This document shows positions 1-6,193 of a stretch of DNA of 32,000 nucleotides, in pieces. How positions within the stretch are numbered: position 1 is the stretch's first letter; the number at the start of each line of letters is the position of its first letter. The position numbers and the translations under genes are program-made. Origin of the DNA: Formosa sp. Hel1_33_131 (GTDB lineage Bacteria > Bacteroidota > Bacteroidia > Flavobacteriales > Flavobacteriaceae); the NCBI RefSeq assembly GCF_001735745.1, contig NZ_CP017260.1, positions 2,400,001-2,432,000 on the forward strand, given 5' to 3'. The notes below the pieces were generated by a model that was not told where the DNA came from, ran no database searches, and was given only the letters and a program-made list of their open reading frames with translations.

Positions 1-2072
1 TTGATATACGTCACAGGGTTGGAACGTGAAGAACGCCCTATGGGGTTTTGATCGACAAACTCGATAAACTTAACGGTGCTAAAGTTCCCTTCAATACTCG
101 TGAATTCGCCCGCCTTTTCGCCATAGCCTCCAATGGATTTTAGCAGTGCAGGATACACAATTTGTTTGACAAGCGTACTTTTTCCACTTCCAGAAACACC
201 CGTCACAACCGTGAGCATGTTTAGTGGAAGGGTCACATCAATATTTTTTAAATTATGTTCTCGAGCGCCTTTGATGGTTACACTGTATTTTGACGTCCGT
301 CGTTTTTTAGGAACTTCAATTTCCAGAGTCCCATTGAGGTACTGAGCTGTTAAAGTATTACTTTTTAAAAGCGATTTGTAAGTTCCACTCGCCATCACTT
401 CGCCACCAAAAGTACCTGCTTCGGGTCCAATATCAATGACGTAATCTGCGGCTGCCATGATGGCTTCGTCATGTTCCACCACAATCACTGTGTTTCCTAA
501 ATCCCGCAAGGCATTCAGTACATTGATCAGGCGTTCGGTATCTTTAGAATGGAGTCCAATACTCGGTTCGTCCAAAATATACATAGATCCCACAAGACTG
601 CTCCCAAGGGAGGTAGCCAGATTGATCCGTTGGCTTTCGCCCCCCGATAAGGTGTTTGATTTTCGGTTTAAAGTCAGGTAATCCAGCCCCACATTGGATA
701 AAAATTCCAAGCGGTTATTAATCTCTTTGAGCAATCGTTTTGCAATTTCTCGTTCTTTTGCGTCTAGCTTGATGGTCTTAAAAAATGCAATGATATCCTT
801 GAGTGATAATTCCACCAAATCGGTAATGGAGGCACCTCCAACTTTTACAAAATTGGCTTCTGGTCGTAAGCGTTTTCCGTGGCAACTTCCACATTTTGTT
901 TTTCCGCGGTAGCGAGATAACATCACTCGGTTTTGAACTTTATAAGCTTTGGATTCTAATTCGGCAAAAAAGTCGTTTAAACCTGTAAAATGAGAGTTCC
1001 CTTTCCATAACAATTTTTGGTGTTTGGCTTCTAATTCAAAGTAAGGCTTGTGAATTGGGAAGTCAAATTTATGGCTGTTATTAACCAGTTGATCCCTGTA
1101 ATATTTCATGCTTTCCCCACGCCATGGAAACACCGCATTTTCATAAACCGAAAGAGAGGTATTTGGAATCACAAGGCTTTCATCAATACCAATGACATCT
1201 CCATAGCCTTCACATTTTGGGCAGGCGCCATAAGGGTTGTTAAAGCTGAATAAATGCGTGTTGGGTTCTAAGAATTTTTGACCATCGAGTTCAAATGAAT
1301 TGCTAAATTCACGGGACTCCGAAGTCTCTATTTTTTCAATTTGACAACGTCCTTTTCCTTCAAAAAATGCCATTTCAATCGCATCTCCCAAACGGTTGTA
1401 AAAATCTTCTTCGCCTTTCACAATAATCCGATCGACAACCAAACTGATTGTTTTTGGTAGTTTTTTAAAATCTTCAATCTGCTCAATACGCTCTACGGTA
1501 TCACTCACTTTGATTCTTGCAAATCCCTGGTGTTGCAGAGCCTGTAGTTTATTTTCTAGTGTTCGCCCTTCTTCCAGATGGATGGGAGCAAGGAGGAGCA
1601 GTTTATCGCCTATTTCAAGCGTTTTGATATAATTAATGACATCGCTGGTTGTATCTTTTTTCACTACATTGTTAGAAGTAGGGGAATAGGTTTTCCCGAT
1701 ACGCGCGAATACTAATTTTAAATAATCATAAATTTCGGTGGTAGTTCCAACGGTGGAACGCGGATTGGTAGAATTTACTTTCTGTTCAATCGCAATCGCC
1801 GGCGCAATGCCTTTGATATAATCGACATTTGGTTTGTTGAGCCGCCCCAAAAACTGCCGTGCATAACTCGATAAACTCTCCACATAACGTCGTTGGCCTT
1901 CGGCATAGAGGGTGTCAAATGCCAAGCTTGATTTCCCCGATCCAGAAAGTCCTGTGATGACTACCAATTTGTGTCGTGGAATCGCAACGTCTATATTCTT
2001 TAGGTTGTGCAATTTTGCACCCTTAATTAGAATGTGCTCTTTTGGACTTAGTTTTGAAAGGTCTAGTGGCAT
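1..2072 (-). CDS. uvrA: Excinuclease ABC subunit A (UvrA), N-terminal ~690 aa; C-terminus runs off the left edge
   Basis: Missing from the ORF track because it is open to the window edge. My minus-strand translation from the ATG at 2072..2070 gives MPLDLSKLSPKEHILIKGAKLHNLKNIDVAIPRHKLVVITGLSGSGKSSLAFDTLYAEGQRRYVESLSSYARQFLG... It contains Walker A GLSGSGKS, zinc-finger-like CPKCEGYG and CGSCHGKR, ABC signature LSGGESQRI and a second Walker A GVSGSGKST. Confidence 0.95.
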   Translation of the reverse strand, partial: MPLDLSKLSPKEHILIKGAKLHNLKNIDVAIPRHKLVVITGLSGSGKSSLAFDTLYAEGQRRYVESLSSYARQFLGRLNKPNVDYIKGIAPAIAIEQKVNSTNPRSTVGTTTEIYDYLKLVFARIGKTYSPTSNNVVKKDTTSDVINYIKTLEIGDKLLLLAPIHLEEGRTLENKLQALQHQGFARIKVSDTVERIEQIEDFKKLPKTISLVVDRIIVKGEEDFYNRLGDAIEMAFFEGKGRCQIEKIETSESREFSNSFELDGQKFLEPNTHLFSFNNPYGACPKCEGYGDVIGIDESLVIPNTSLSVYENAVFPWRGESMKYYRDQLVNNSHKFDFPIHKPYFELEAKHQKLLWKGNSHFTGLNDFFAELESKAYKVQNRVMLSRYRGKTKCGSCHGKRLRPEANFVKVGGASITDLVELSLKDIIAFFKTIKLDAKEREIAKRLLKEINNRLEFLSNVGLDYLTLNRKSNTLSGGESQRINLATSLGSSLVGSMYILDEPSIGLHSKDTERLINVLNALRDLGNTVIVVEHDEAIMAAADYVIDIGPEAGTFGGEVMASGTYKSLLKSNTLTAQYLNGTLEIEVPKKRRTSKYSVTIKGAREHNLKNIDVTLPLNMLTVVTGVSGSGKSTLVKQIVYPALLKSIGGYGEKAGEFTSIEGNFSTVKFIEFVDQNPIGRSSRSNPVTYI

Positions 2073-2094
2073 TTATTGAGTTAAATTTTGGTTG

Positions 2095-2102
2095 CAAAGA
2101 TA
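2095..2102 (-). promoter_or_regulatory. Candidate Bacteroidetes -7 box (TATCTTTG) for uvrA
   Basis: The plus strand reads caaagata, which is TATCTTTG on the minus strand. This is a perfect TAnnTTTG 23 nt upstream of the uvrA ATG. Confidence 0.4.
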
Positions 2103-2189
2103 CCATTAATATAAAAAATATTAAAGCCGTCTTTGCTCTACTTACGATTAAAAACTAAAATAAATTTGTGTAATTAAATAGATTGTTCT

Positions 2190-2197
2190 TATATTTG
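2190..2197 (+). promoter_or_regulatory. Candidate -7 box (TATATTTG) with TTTG -33-like element at 2165-2168 for the ECF sigma gene
   Basis: Perfect TAnnTTTG with a TTTG 21 nt upstream. It would give a leader of about 90 nt. A second TAAATTTG at 2161-2168 makes the assignment ambiguous. Confidence 0.35.
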
Positions 2198-2227
2198 ATA
2201 AAATAACTCTTAATAAACGCTTATAGA

Positions 2228-2294
2228 ATAACATTACTTTTCAATTTTTATTAAACCCAGTACACCTACGGTGTGCTATTAAAAGTAATGTTAT
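2228..2294 (+). promoter_or_regulatory. Nested leader hairpin whose 3' arm covers the first two bases of the sigma-factor start codon
   Basis: Perfect 14-bp inverted repeat: ataacattactttt (2228-2241) and aaaagtaatgttat (2281-2294). It encloses an inner 7-bp hairpin, gtacacc-tac-ggtgtgc (2260-2276). The ATG is at 2293. Confidence 0.4.
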
Positions 2295-2877
2295 GAAATC
2301 TAAATCTATTAGCGATGCCACTCTCGTAAGTCAATACATTCAAGGTGATGAACCGTCCTTATCGGTGCTCATCAAACGCCACCAACAACGGTTGTACAGT
2401 TTTATCTATTCGAAGGTTTACGACCGCGATGTGACTGAGGATGTTTTTCAGGATACCTTTATAAAAGTGATTCGTACCCTCAAACGGGGTAATTATAATG
2501 AAGAAGGTAAGTTTTTACCTTGGGTGATGCGTATTGCACACAATCTCGTGATCGATCATTTCAGAAAAAACAACCGCATGCCGAAGTTTAACAACAGCGG
2601 CGATTTTGATATTTTCTCTGTGTTGAGTGATGGGGCTCTAAATGCCGAAGGTGAATTGGTAAAATCTCAAATTGTTGAAGACATCAGAGCCTTGGTAGAG
2701 GAGTTGCCAGAAGAACAAAAAACGGTTCTCGTGATGCGTATGTATAACGATATGAGTTTCAAGGAAATCTCCGAAAACACGGGTGTGAGTATCAATACGG
2801 CTTTGGGACGGATGCGTTATGCCTTGATCAATCTTCGTAAATTAATTGAAAAACACAATATTGTTTTGACAAATTAA
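2293..2877 (+). CDS. RNA polymerase sigma-70 family factor, ECF-type
   Basis: 194 aa. The region 2 pattern is DVFQDTFIKVIRTL...FLPWVMRIAHNLVIDHFRK. The region 4 HTH is EEQKTVLVMRMYNDMSFKEISENTGVSINTALGRMRYAL. Confidence 0.9.
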   Translation: MKSKSISDATLVSQYIQGDEPSLSVLIKRHQQRLYSFIYSKVYDRDVTEDVFQDTFIKVIRTLKRGNYNEEGKFLPWVMRIAHNLVIDHFRKNNRMPKFNNSGDFDIFSVLSDGALNAEGELVKSQIVEDIRALVEELPEEQKTVLVMRMYNDMSFKEISENTGVSINTALGRMRYALINLRKLIEKHNIVLTN

Positions 2878-2903
2878 TTACCTGATAAAATAAAGTATAT
2901 ATT

Positions 2904-2938
2904 CTGTCGTTGTAGTATTAACTAACTAACAATGACAG
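2904..2938 (+). promoter_or_regulatory. Intercistronic hairpin with a (TAAC)3 loop
   Basis: The stem pairs ctgtcgttg (2904-2912) with caatgacag (2930-2938): 9 bp including one G-U. The loop contains taactaactaac (2919-2930), which has TAA in all three plus-strand frames. Confidence 0.3.
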
Positions 2939-2942
2939 GCTC

Positions 2943-3086
2943 ATGGCAAAAATTTACACTGAAAAATTCTCTAATTCTAACACATTTAAACCCAAGACAG
3001 AAACCATAAATTTCCTTTTGAATTATTCAAAAGCCTTGAAAGTTTCTGTTTATAAAGGGCTTAAATTTGAATCTGTAATTAATTAG
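2943..3086 (+). CDS. Small hypothetical protein (47 aa), below the ORF-track cutoff
   Basis: ATG at 2943, TAG at 3084-3086. Translation: MAKIYTEKFSNSNTFKPKTETINFLLNYSKALKVSVYKGLKFESVIN. It lies directly downstream of the sigma gene and is followed by a weak hairpin plus T-run. No recognisable domain. Confidence 0.3.
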   Translation: MAKIYTEKFSNSNTFKPKTETINFLLNYSKALKVSVYKGLKFESVIN

Positions 3087-3099
3087 AATACGATCTTAT

Positions 3100-3128
3100 A
3101 AATCCTGACAGTTGTTGGGATTTTTTTT
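3100..3128 (+). terminator. Weak rho-independent terminator candidate
   Basis: aaatcc (3100-3105) pairs with ggattt (3118-3123) and runs into an 8-nt T tract (3121-3128). The stem is short and AU-rich. Confidence 0.3.
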
Positions 3129-3205
3129 GTTCCGCTAAGTTAGGAAATTGATTTATGTTGTAAGGAATGTAAGTCTGAGTTAGTGGGTTGATAAAAACAC
3201 TTTCA

Positions 3206-3424
3206 TTAAGAAATCTTTTTCAAAAAGTCGTTGAATTCAACTCTTTTTCCACTGTTTAACTCTTGAATCCCTTTTTCAATTTCTTTTTGCTCGGATACAC
3301 TTAATTCATTCCAAAAATCAACTTTTTCTTTTTGAATAAATTCTGTGATTTTTTTAATGAATTTGTCATTCTCAATGTTGAGAATCATTTTCACTAGCTC
3401 TATTTTAGAAGTTTGAATATTCAT
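3206..3424 (-). CDS. Antitoxin-like small protein (putative addiction-module component type), apparently orphan
   Basis: 72 aa: MNIQTSKIELVKMILNIENDKFIKKITEFIQKEKVDFWNELSVSEQKEIEKGIQELNSGKRVEFNDFLKKIS. The pattern ELI..IL.....L..L..FI......DFW.ELS...K..I..G..E...G is the one I associate with Bacteroidota antitoxins paired with RelE/ParE toxins. This rests on memory, not a search. Confidence 0.55.
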   Translation of the reverse strand: MNIQTSKIELVKMILNIENDKFIKKITEFIQKEKVDFWNELSVSEQKEIEKGIQELNSGKRVEFNDFLKKIS

Positions 3425-3444
3425 AATGTGTTATTTCTTAAATT

Positions 3445-3482
3445 CAAATTTACAAAAAAATCGGCTTATAGTTTGAAACTAT
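3445..3482 (-). promoter_or_regulatory. Candidate promoter (-7 box TAAATTTG) plus near-palindromic operator upstream of the antitoxin-like gene
   Basis: The plus strand reads caaattta at 3445-3452, which is TAAATTTG on the minus strand, 21 nt from the ATG. The near-palindrome atagttt-g-aaactat sits at 3468-3482. Confidence 0.4.
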
Positions 3483-3507
3483 TTTTTTTAGGGTTTATGA
3501 AGTCCAA

Positions 3508-3638
3508 CGCTACTGCTGGTGTCACGCTTTTGGCGTGATGCCGTTAACAATTTCAAATAATTCAGTAAATCATTTATTTCTCTTTTACGTCTTCTTTTGC
3601 ATACTGGGCACCACGCTAAAAGCGTGACGCTAGCGGTG
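3508..3638. repeat. Inverted doublet of a CACG-loop-CGTG hairpin repeat (REPIN-like, family F1)
   Basis: gtcacgcttttggcgtgatgcc (3521-3542) matches the reverse complement of ggcaccacgctaaaagcgtgac (3607-3628) at 20/22. The two are separated by a 64-nt AT-rich spacer. Each arm is itself a 6-bp hairpin. Confidence 0.7.
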
Positions 3639-3650
3639 ATTGCATGTCTG

Positions 3651-3666
3651 AGCTAGCTAGCTAGCT
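3651..3666. repeat. Perfect palindromic tetranucleotide repeat agctagctagctagct
   Basis: Read directly from the sequence. It contains TAG in all three frames on both strands. Confidence 0.9.
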
Positions 3667-3672
3667 TGTTTG

Positions 3673-3720
3673 ATCCCCACACGAAAGATTAACTTCGTCG
3701 AATCTTCGATTTCCCGACTT
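3673..3720 (-). repeat. Inverted partial copy of repeat family F2
   Basis: acttcgtcgaatcttcgatttcccgactt (3692-3720) is the exact reverse complement of aagtcgggaaatcgaagattcgacgaagt at 22569-22597. Confidence 0.8.
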
Positions 3721-3795
3721 TGAGGGTAAATAATTCTCATTGCTTTTCCGTTCAAAATTCATTGATCATACTAGTTAGTTCGTCATCCATTTTTT

Positions 3796-3828
3796 ATGTT
3801 GCGCTAAGTCAGAGAATACGCAGCGGGG
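3796..3828 (+). repeat. Degenerate copy of repeat family F2
   Basis: atgttgcgctaagtc...acgcagcgggg shares its 15-nt left end exactly with the copies at 22559 and 22753. Confidence 0.7.
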
Positions 3829-3992
3829 TTGTTGCCATTCCGTTGTTTTTTCAGGACTCAAATTATCTGACTAAATTCCGTTTTCTGCTTTTCAGAGTTC
3901 GAGTAAATTCAGTCAGCTTTTTATTCCGCATTTTTTTAATTCCGATAGAGCAAGTAACTCATCAGATTTCTAAATTCCGTATTCAGTTTGAT

Positions 3993-4226
3993 TTAAATTT
4001 CCCTTCTTGTTCTCTCCAGTTTAAATTTCAATTCCTGGATTTCAGTGTTTTTATCTTTAACCTCCATTTGAAAATACTTTAAACTTGTAAACAAATAAAT
4101 CAGTACAAGAATATTTCTAAAATCTGTTAAGTTATATTCAGTCAAGAAATCAAGTTTGCTCGAAATCCATAAAATTCCAAATAATACAATTGATACTGTA
4201 GAAATTATTTTTAATGTTTTTTTCAT
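3993..4226 (-). CDS. Small hypothetical membrane protein (two predicted TM segments, charged coiled C-tail)
   Basis: 77 aa: MKKTLKIISTVSIVLFGILWISS...ILVLIYLFTSL...KDKNTEIQELKFKLERTRREI. The topology is holin- or immunity-like. No recognisable domain. Confidence 0.5.
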   Translation of the reverse strand: MKKTLKIISTVSIVLFGILWISSKLDFLTEYNLTDFRNILVLIYLFTSLKYFQMEVKDKNTEIQELKFKLERTRREI

Positions 4227-4323
4227 TTCTTTTTATTTTCTGTTTGAGTACGTTCAGCCAATGAATGGCAACGTTTACTGTATGGTTAGTGGCGACTATA
4301 AAAGCACTACTTTTCGGTTAAGC

Positions 4324-4361
4324 ACAAAAATACAAAAAAGCACAAACTTTGAGGTTTGTAC
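4324..4361 (-). terminator. Rho-independent terminator of the 119-aa lipoprotein gene
   Basis: The minus strand reads gtacaaac-ctcaaa-gtttgtgc followed by ttttttgtatttttg. The stem is 6-7 bp with a U-rich tail, 37 nt after the stop. Confidence 0.55.
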
Positions 4362-4397
4362 TTTCTTAGCCATTAACTATACAGATTGTTGGCAACT

Positions 4398-4757
4398 TTA
4401 TTTCTTTTTTAACCTTAAAATTTCTCTATAAGTATCATTTGAAAGAAAATCACCTATTAGCATTTCACCTTCCTTTATTTTAAAAAAAACTTTGATTGGT
4501 CTATTCTCGTCTGAAACGTTAGAACTTAACTCAATAGTGTCATTAATAATAATAAATGAGTAAGATAACTCTGCTTCATTAAAATCAGTTTTTTTAATCA
4601 TTTGATTTTTTGAAAACACCAATACTGTCCTGCCTAAAACAGGATGAATTTCTTCCCAATTACCCAAATAAGCATTTTGCTCACTCTGTAAGTCTTGAGA
4701 ATTACAACTTTGTAAGAAAAAAGAGAGAAGTAAAATTATGTTAATTAGATGTTTCAT
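4398..4757 (-). CDS. Small lipoprotein, lipocalin-like
   Basis: 119 aa. The signal peptide and lipobox are MKHLINIILLLSFFLQSC. An LGNWEE motif follows, typical of lipocalin-like small beta-barrel lipoproteins. Confidence 0.7.
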   Translation of the reverse strand: MKHLINIILLLSFFLQSCNSQDLQSEQNAYLGNWEEIHPVLGRTVLVFSKNQMIKKTDFNEAELSYSFIIINDTIELSSNVSDENRPIKVFFKIKEGEMLIGDFLSNDTYREILRLKKK

Positions 4758-4840
4758 AATTTTATTTTTTTATAAATTTTCGAGTAATTACTTTGTTATT
4801 GCTAATTAATTTAAGAATATAAATGTCAGATTTTAATCTG

Positions 4841-4916
4841 CGCCGCTACCGCACGATTCCTATCGTGTGGTTTACAAAATTTATTTGGAACGCGAATGGA
4901 TTCGCGCACCAGCGTG
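4841..4916 (+). repeat. 76-bp REPIN-like element, family F1, copy A
   Basis: cgccgctaccgcacgattcctatcgtgtggtttacaaaatttatttggaacgcgaatggattcgcgcaccagcgtg. It is 75/76 identical to 5569-5644. It contains two opposed hairpins, cacgat-tcct-atcgtg and gcgaat-gg-attcgc. Confidence 0.9.
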
Positions 4917-4989
4917 GGCAGCTTGGTTAAGCACTTTTTGCCCTATTTTTTTTATACATTGTTGGTAGCCGTTACTATCTTCACTTTTG

Positions 4990-5451
4990 TCAATTTGATT
5001 TGCTAACTTTATATAGATCAATTATGTAAGCAATAATAATTACTAAAGGTACAAATATCAGAATATAGAGTATGATTACTAAACTAGAAATAACATTATC
5101 ATAAAATACTGTAAATAATAGCAATACGTATGTTAAAATTAACATAGTAGAGATATTTAAATAATCAATTAGATTTTGTGATTTAATATATATAATATCC
5201 TTTTTTTCTATGTTAAAATACGGATAATTAAATTTTTCAGGTCTTTTTCTAATATAACTAAATAAACTAAATAAAGTAAGTGATAAAAGTATAATAAGGA
5301 ATAGCATCCATTTTGGTCCGAAGTTGTCAACCTCGCCTTTTAAATTTAAGTGTATTGCGATTTTTGATGGTAATCTACTGTAGGTCGTAAATAATATTAT
5401 ACATTGAAATAATAGCAGTAATACAGAAATAATCCTAGTTGTGTTTTTCAT
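4990..5451 (-). CDS. DUF1648/SdpI-like integral membrane protein
   Basis: 153 aa with about four hydrophobic segments. The N-terminal LPSKIAIHLNLKGEVDNFGPK matches the DUF1648 pattern (LP..IP.H.n..G..D.fgsK) as I remember it. Confidence 0.65.
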   Translation of the reverse strand: MKNTTRIISVLLLLFQCIILFTTYSRLPSKIAIHLNLKGEVDNFGPKWMLFLIILLSLTLFSLFSYIRKRPEKFNYPYFNIEKKDIIYIKSQNLIDYLNISTMLILTYVLLLFTVFYDNVISSLVIILYILIFVPLVIIIAYIIDLYKVSKSN

Positions 5452-5568
5452 TTTTGATAAATTTTAAGTGTTGTTCTATTGGAAATAAATATAAAATTAG
5501 TACAGCAAGCATTGAAAAGAAAAAACTTATTAAACCAAATACTAAAACAATTGCAAGATGAAATATTA

Positions 5569-5644
5569 CGCCGCTACCGCACGAATCCTATCGTGTGGTT
5601 TACAAAATTTATTTGGAACGCGAATGGATTCGCGCACCAGCGTG
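5569..5644 (+). repeat. 76-bp REPIN-like element, family F1, copy B
   Basis: Same sequence and orientation as 4841-4916, with one mismatch (5585 A versus 4857 T) that falls in the first hairpin. Confidence 0.9.
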
Positions 5645-5761
5645 CGCTTAGTGGTCATAAACTAGCTGAAAACAACTTTTACATGACCCCAACAGACCTG
5701 CCAATCTTTGACACCACTAAGTACAACTTAGCGGGAGCGCAAACTAGCGACATCAGAGTAT

Positions 5762-5908
5762 TTAATCTATCTGCTTATTTTGGTTTTCGGTTTCTTTGAC
5801 TCTTTTTATATATCCTGATTTTTTCCCAATAGAAAATCCTAACAGGAATATTCCAATTGGAACTATTAAAACTAAAATTAATTGGATTGCTCCGATTGCT
5901 AAATACAT
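5762..5908 (-). CDS. Small single-pass membrane protein (48 aa), below the ORF-track cutoff
   Basis: My translation: MYLAIGAIQLILVLIVPIGIFLLGFSIGKKSGYIKRVKETENQNKQID. It has a clean TM helix followed by a basic tail. It is more protein-like than the overlapping 68- and 69-aa track ORFs. Confidence 0.3.
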   Translation of the reverse strand: MYLAIGAIQLILVLIVPIGIFLLGFSIGKKSGYIKRVKETENQNKQID

Positions 5909-6174
5909 ATTTTTTCTGTTTGTTTTTTTTAATCAGTTTGAAGTAACTCCATACATCCCAAACAGGCATGTATTGAACCACTCTAGTTCCCCAACTGTTC
6001 TATAATTCTAGCAAAATAAGATCTAAAACTTCGGTCAAATTACTTACTAAGATTTAGATTCGGGATCTTCATCACTCAAACCTATGACATATTTTTTAAA
6101 CCTCCAAAAAAACGCAGCAAATTTCAACTTAAATAACTAACAGTAAATTACTTGCTTTTTAAAATAAATGAAAT

Positions 6175-6193
6175 AGAGGGTGTTTCACCCTTT
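6175..6193 (-). terminator. Hairpin downstream of nth (candidate terminator)
   Basis: agagggtg-ttt-cacccttt forms an 8-bp stem including one G-U pair. On the minus strand it is followed by ctatttcatttatttt. Confidence 0.4.

Noticed and set aside
2227-2241. 15-nt identity aataacattactttt shared with 21099-21113, both just upstream of start codons (a possible shared regulatory motif)
   Set aside because: A rough estimate for this AT-rich 32-kb window predicts a few exact 15-mers by chance. The distances to the start codons also differ (52 versus 26 nt). It is not convincing on its own.
3720-4082. 120-aa plus-strand ORF
   Set aside because: The translation is low-complexity and F/S/L-rich. It starts on a non-ATG codon, runs through repeat fragments and overlaps the more plausible minus-strand 77-aa ORF. 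It is probably spurious.
4156-4431. 91-aa plus-strand ORF
   Set aside because: It overlaps the 77-aa ORF start, the terminator hairpin and the 119-aa ORF end, and has no protein-like features.
4841-5644. Integron attC sites
   Set aside because: The 76-bp element has inverted ends but lacks the RYYYAAC/GTTRRRY core sites. No integrase or attI is in the window. It is kept only as an analogy in the islet finding, not as a call.
3500-5650. Possible CRISPR array formed by the recurring palindromic repeats
   Set aside because: The repeats are of different lengths and families, irregularly spaced (hundreds of bp containing ORFs) and partly inverted. No cas genes are present. This is not CRISPR architecture.
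5479-5799. 106-aa plus-strand ORF
   Set aside because: It reads straight through the 76-bp palindromic repeat copy B. The same repeat at 4841 is not in any ORF. It is an artefact of an open frame across a repeat.
5775-6005. Overlapping 68-aa (minus) and 69-aa (plus) ORFs
   Set aside because: Both give implausible K/N/F-rich sequences. A different minus frame gives a much more protein-like 48-aa TM peptide, reported instead at low confidence.
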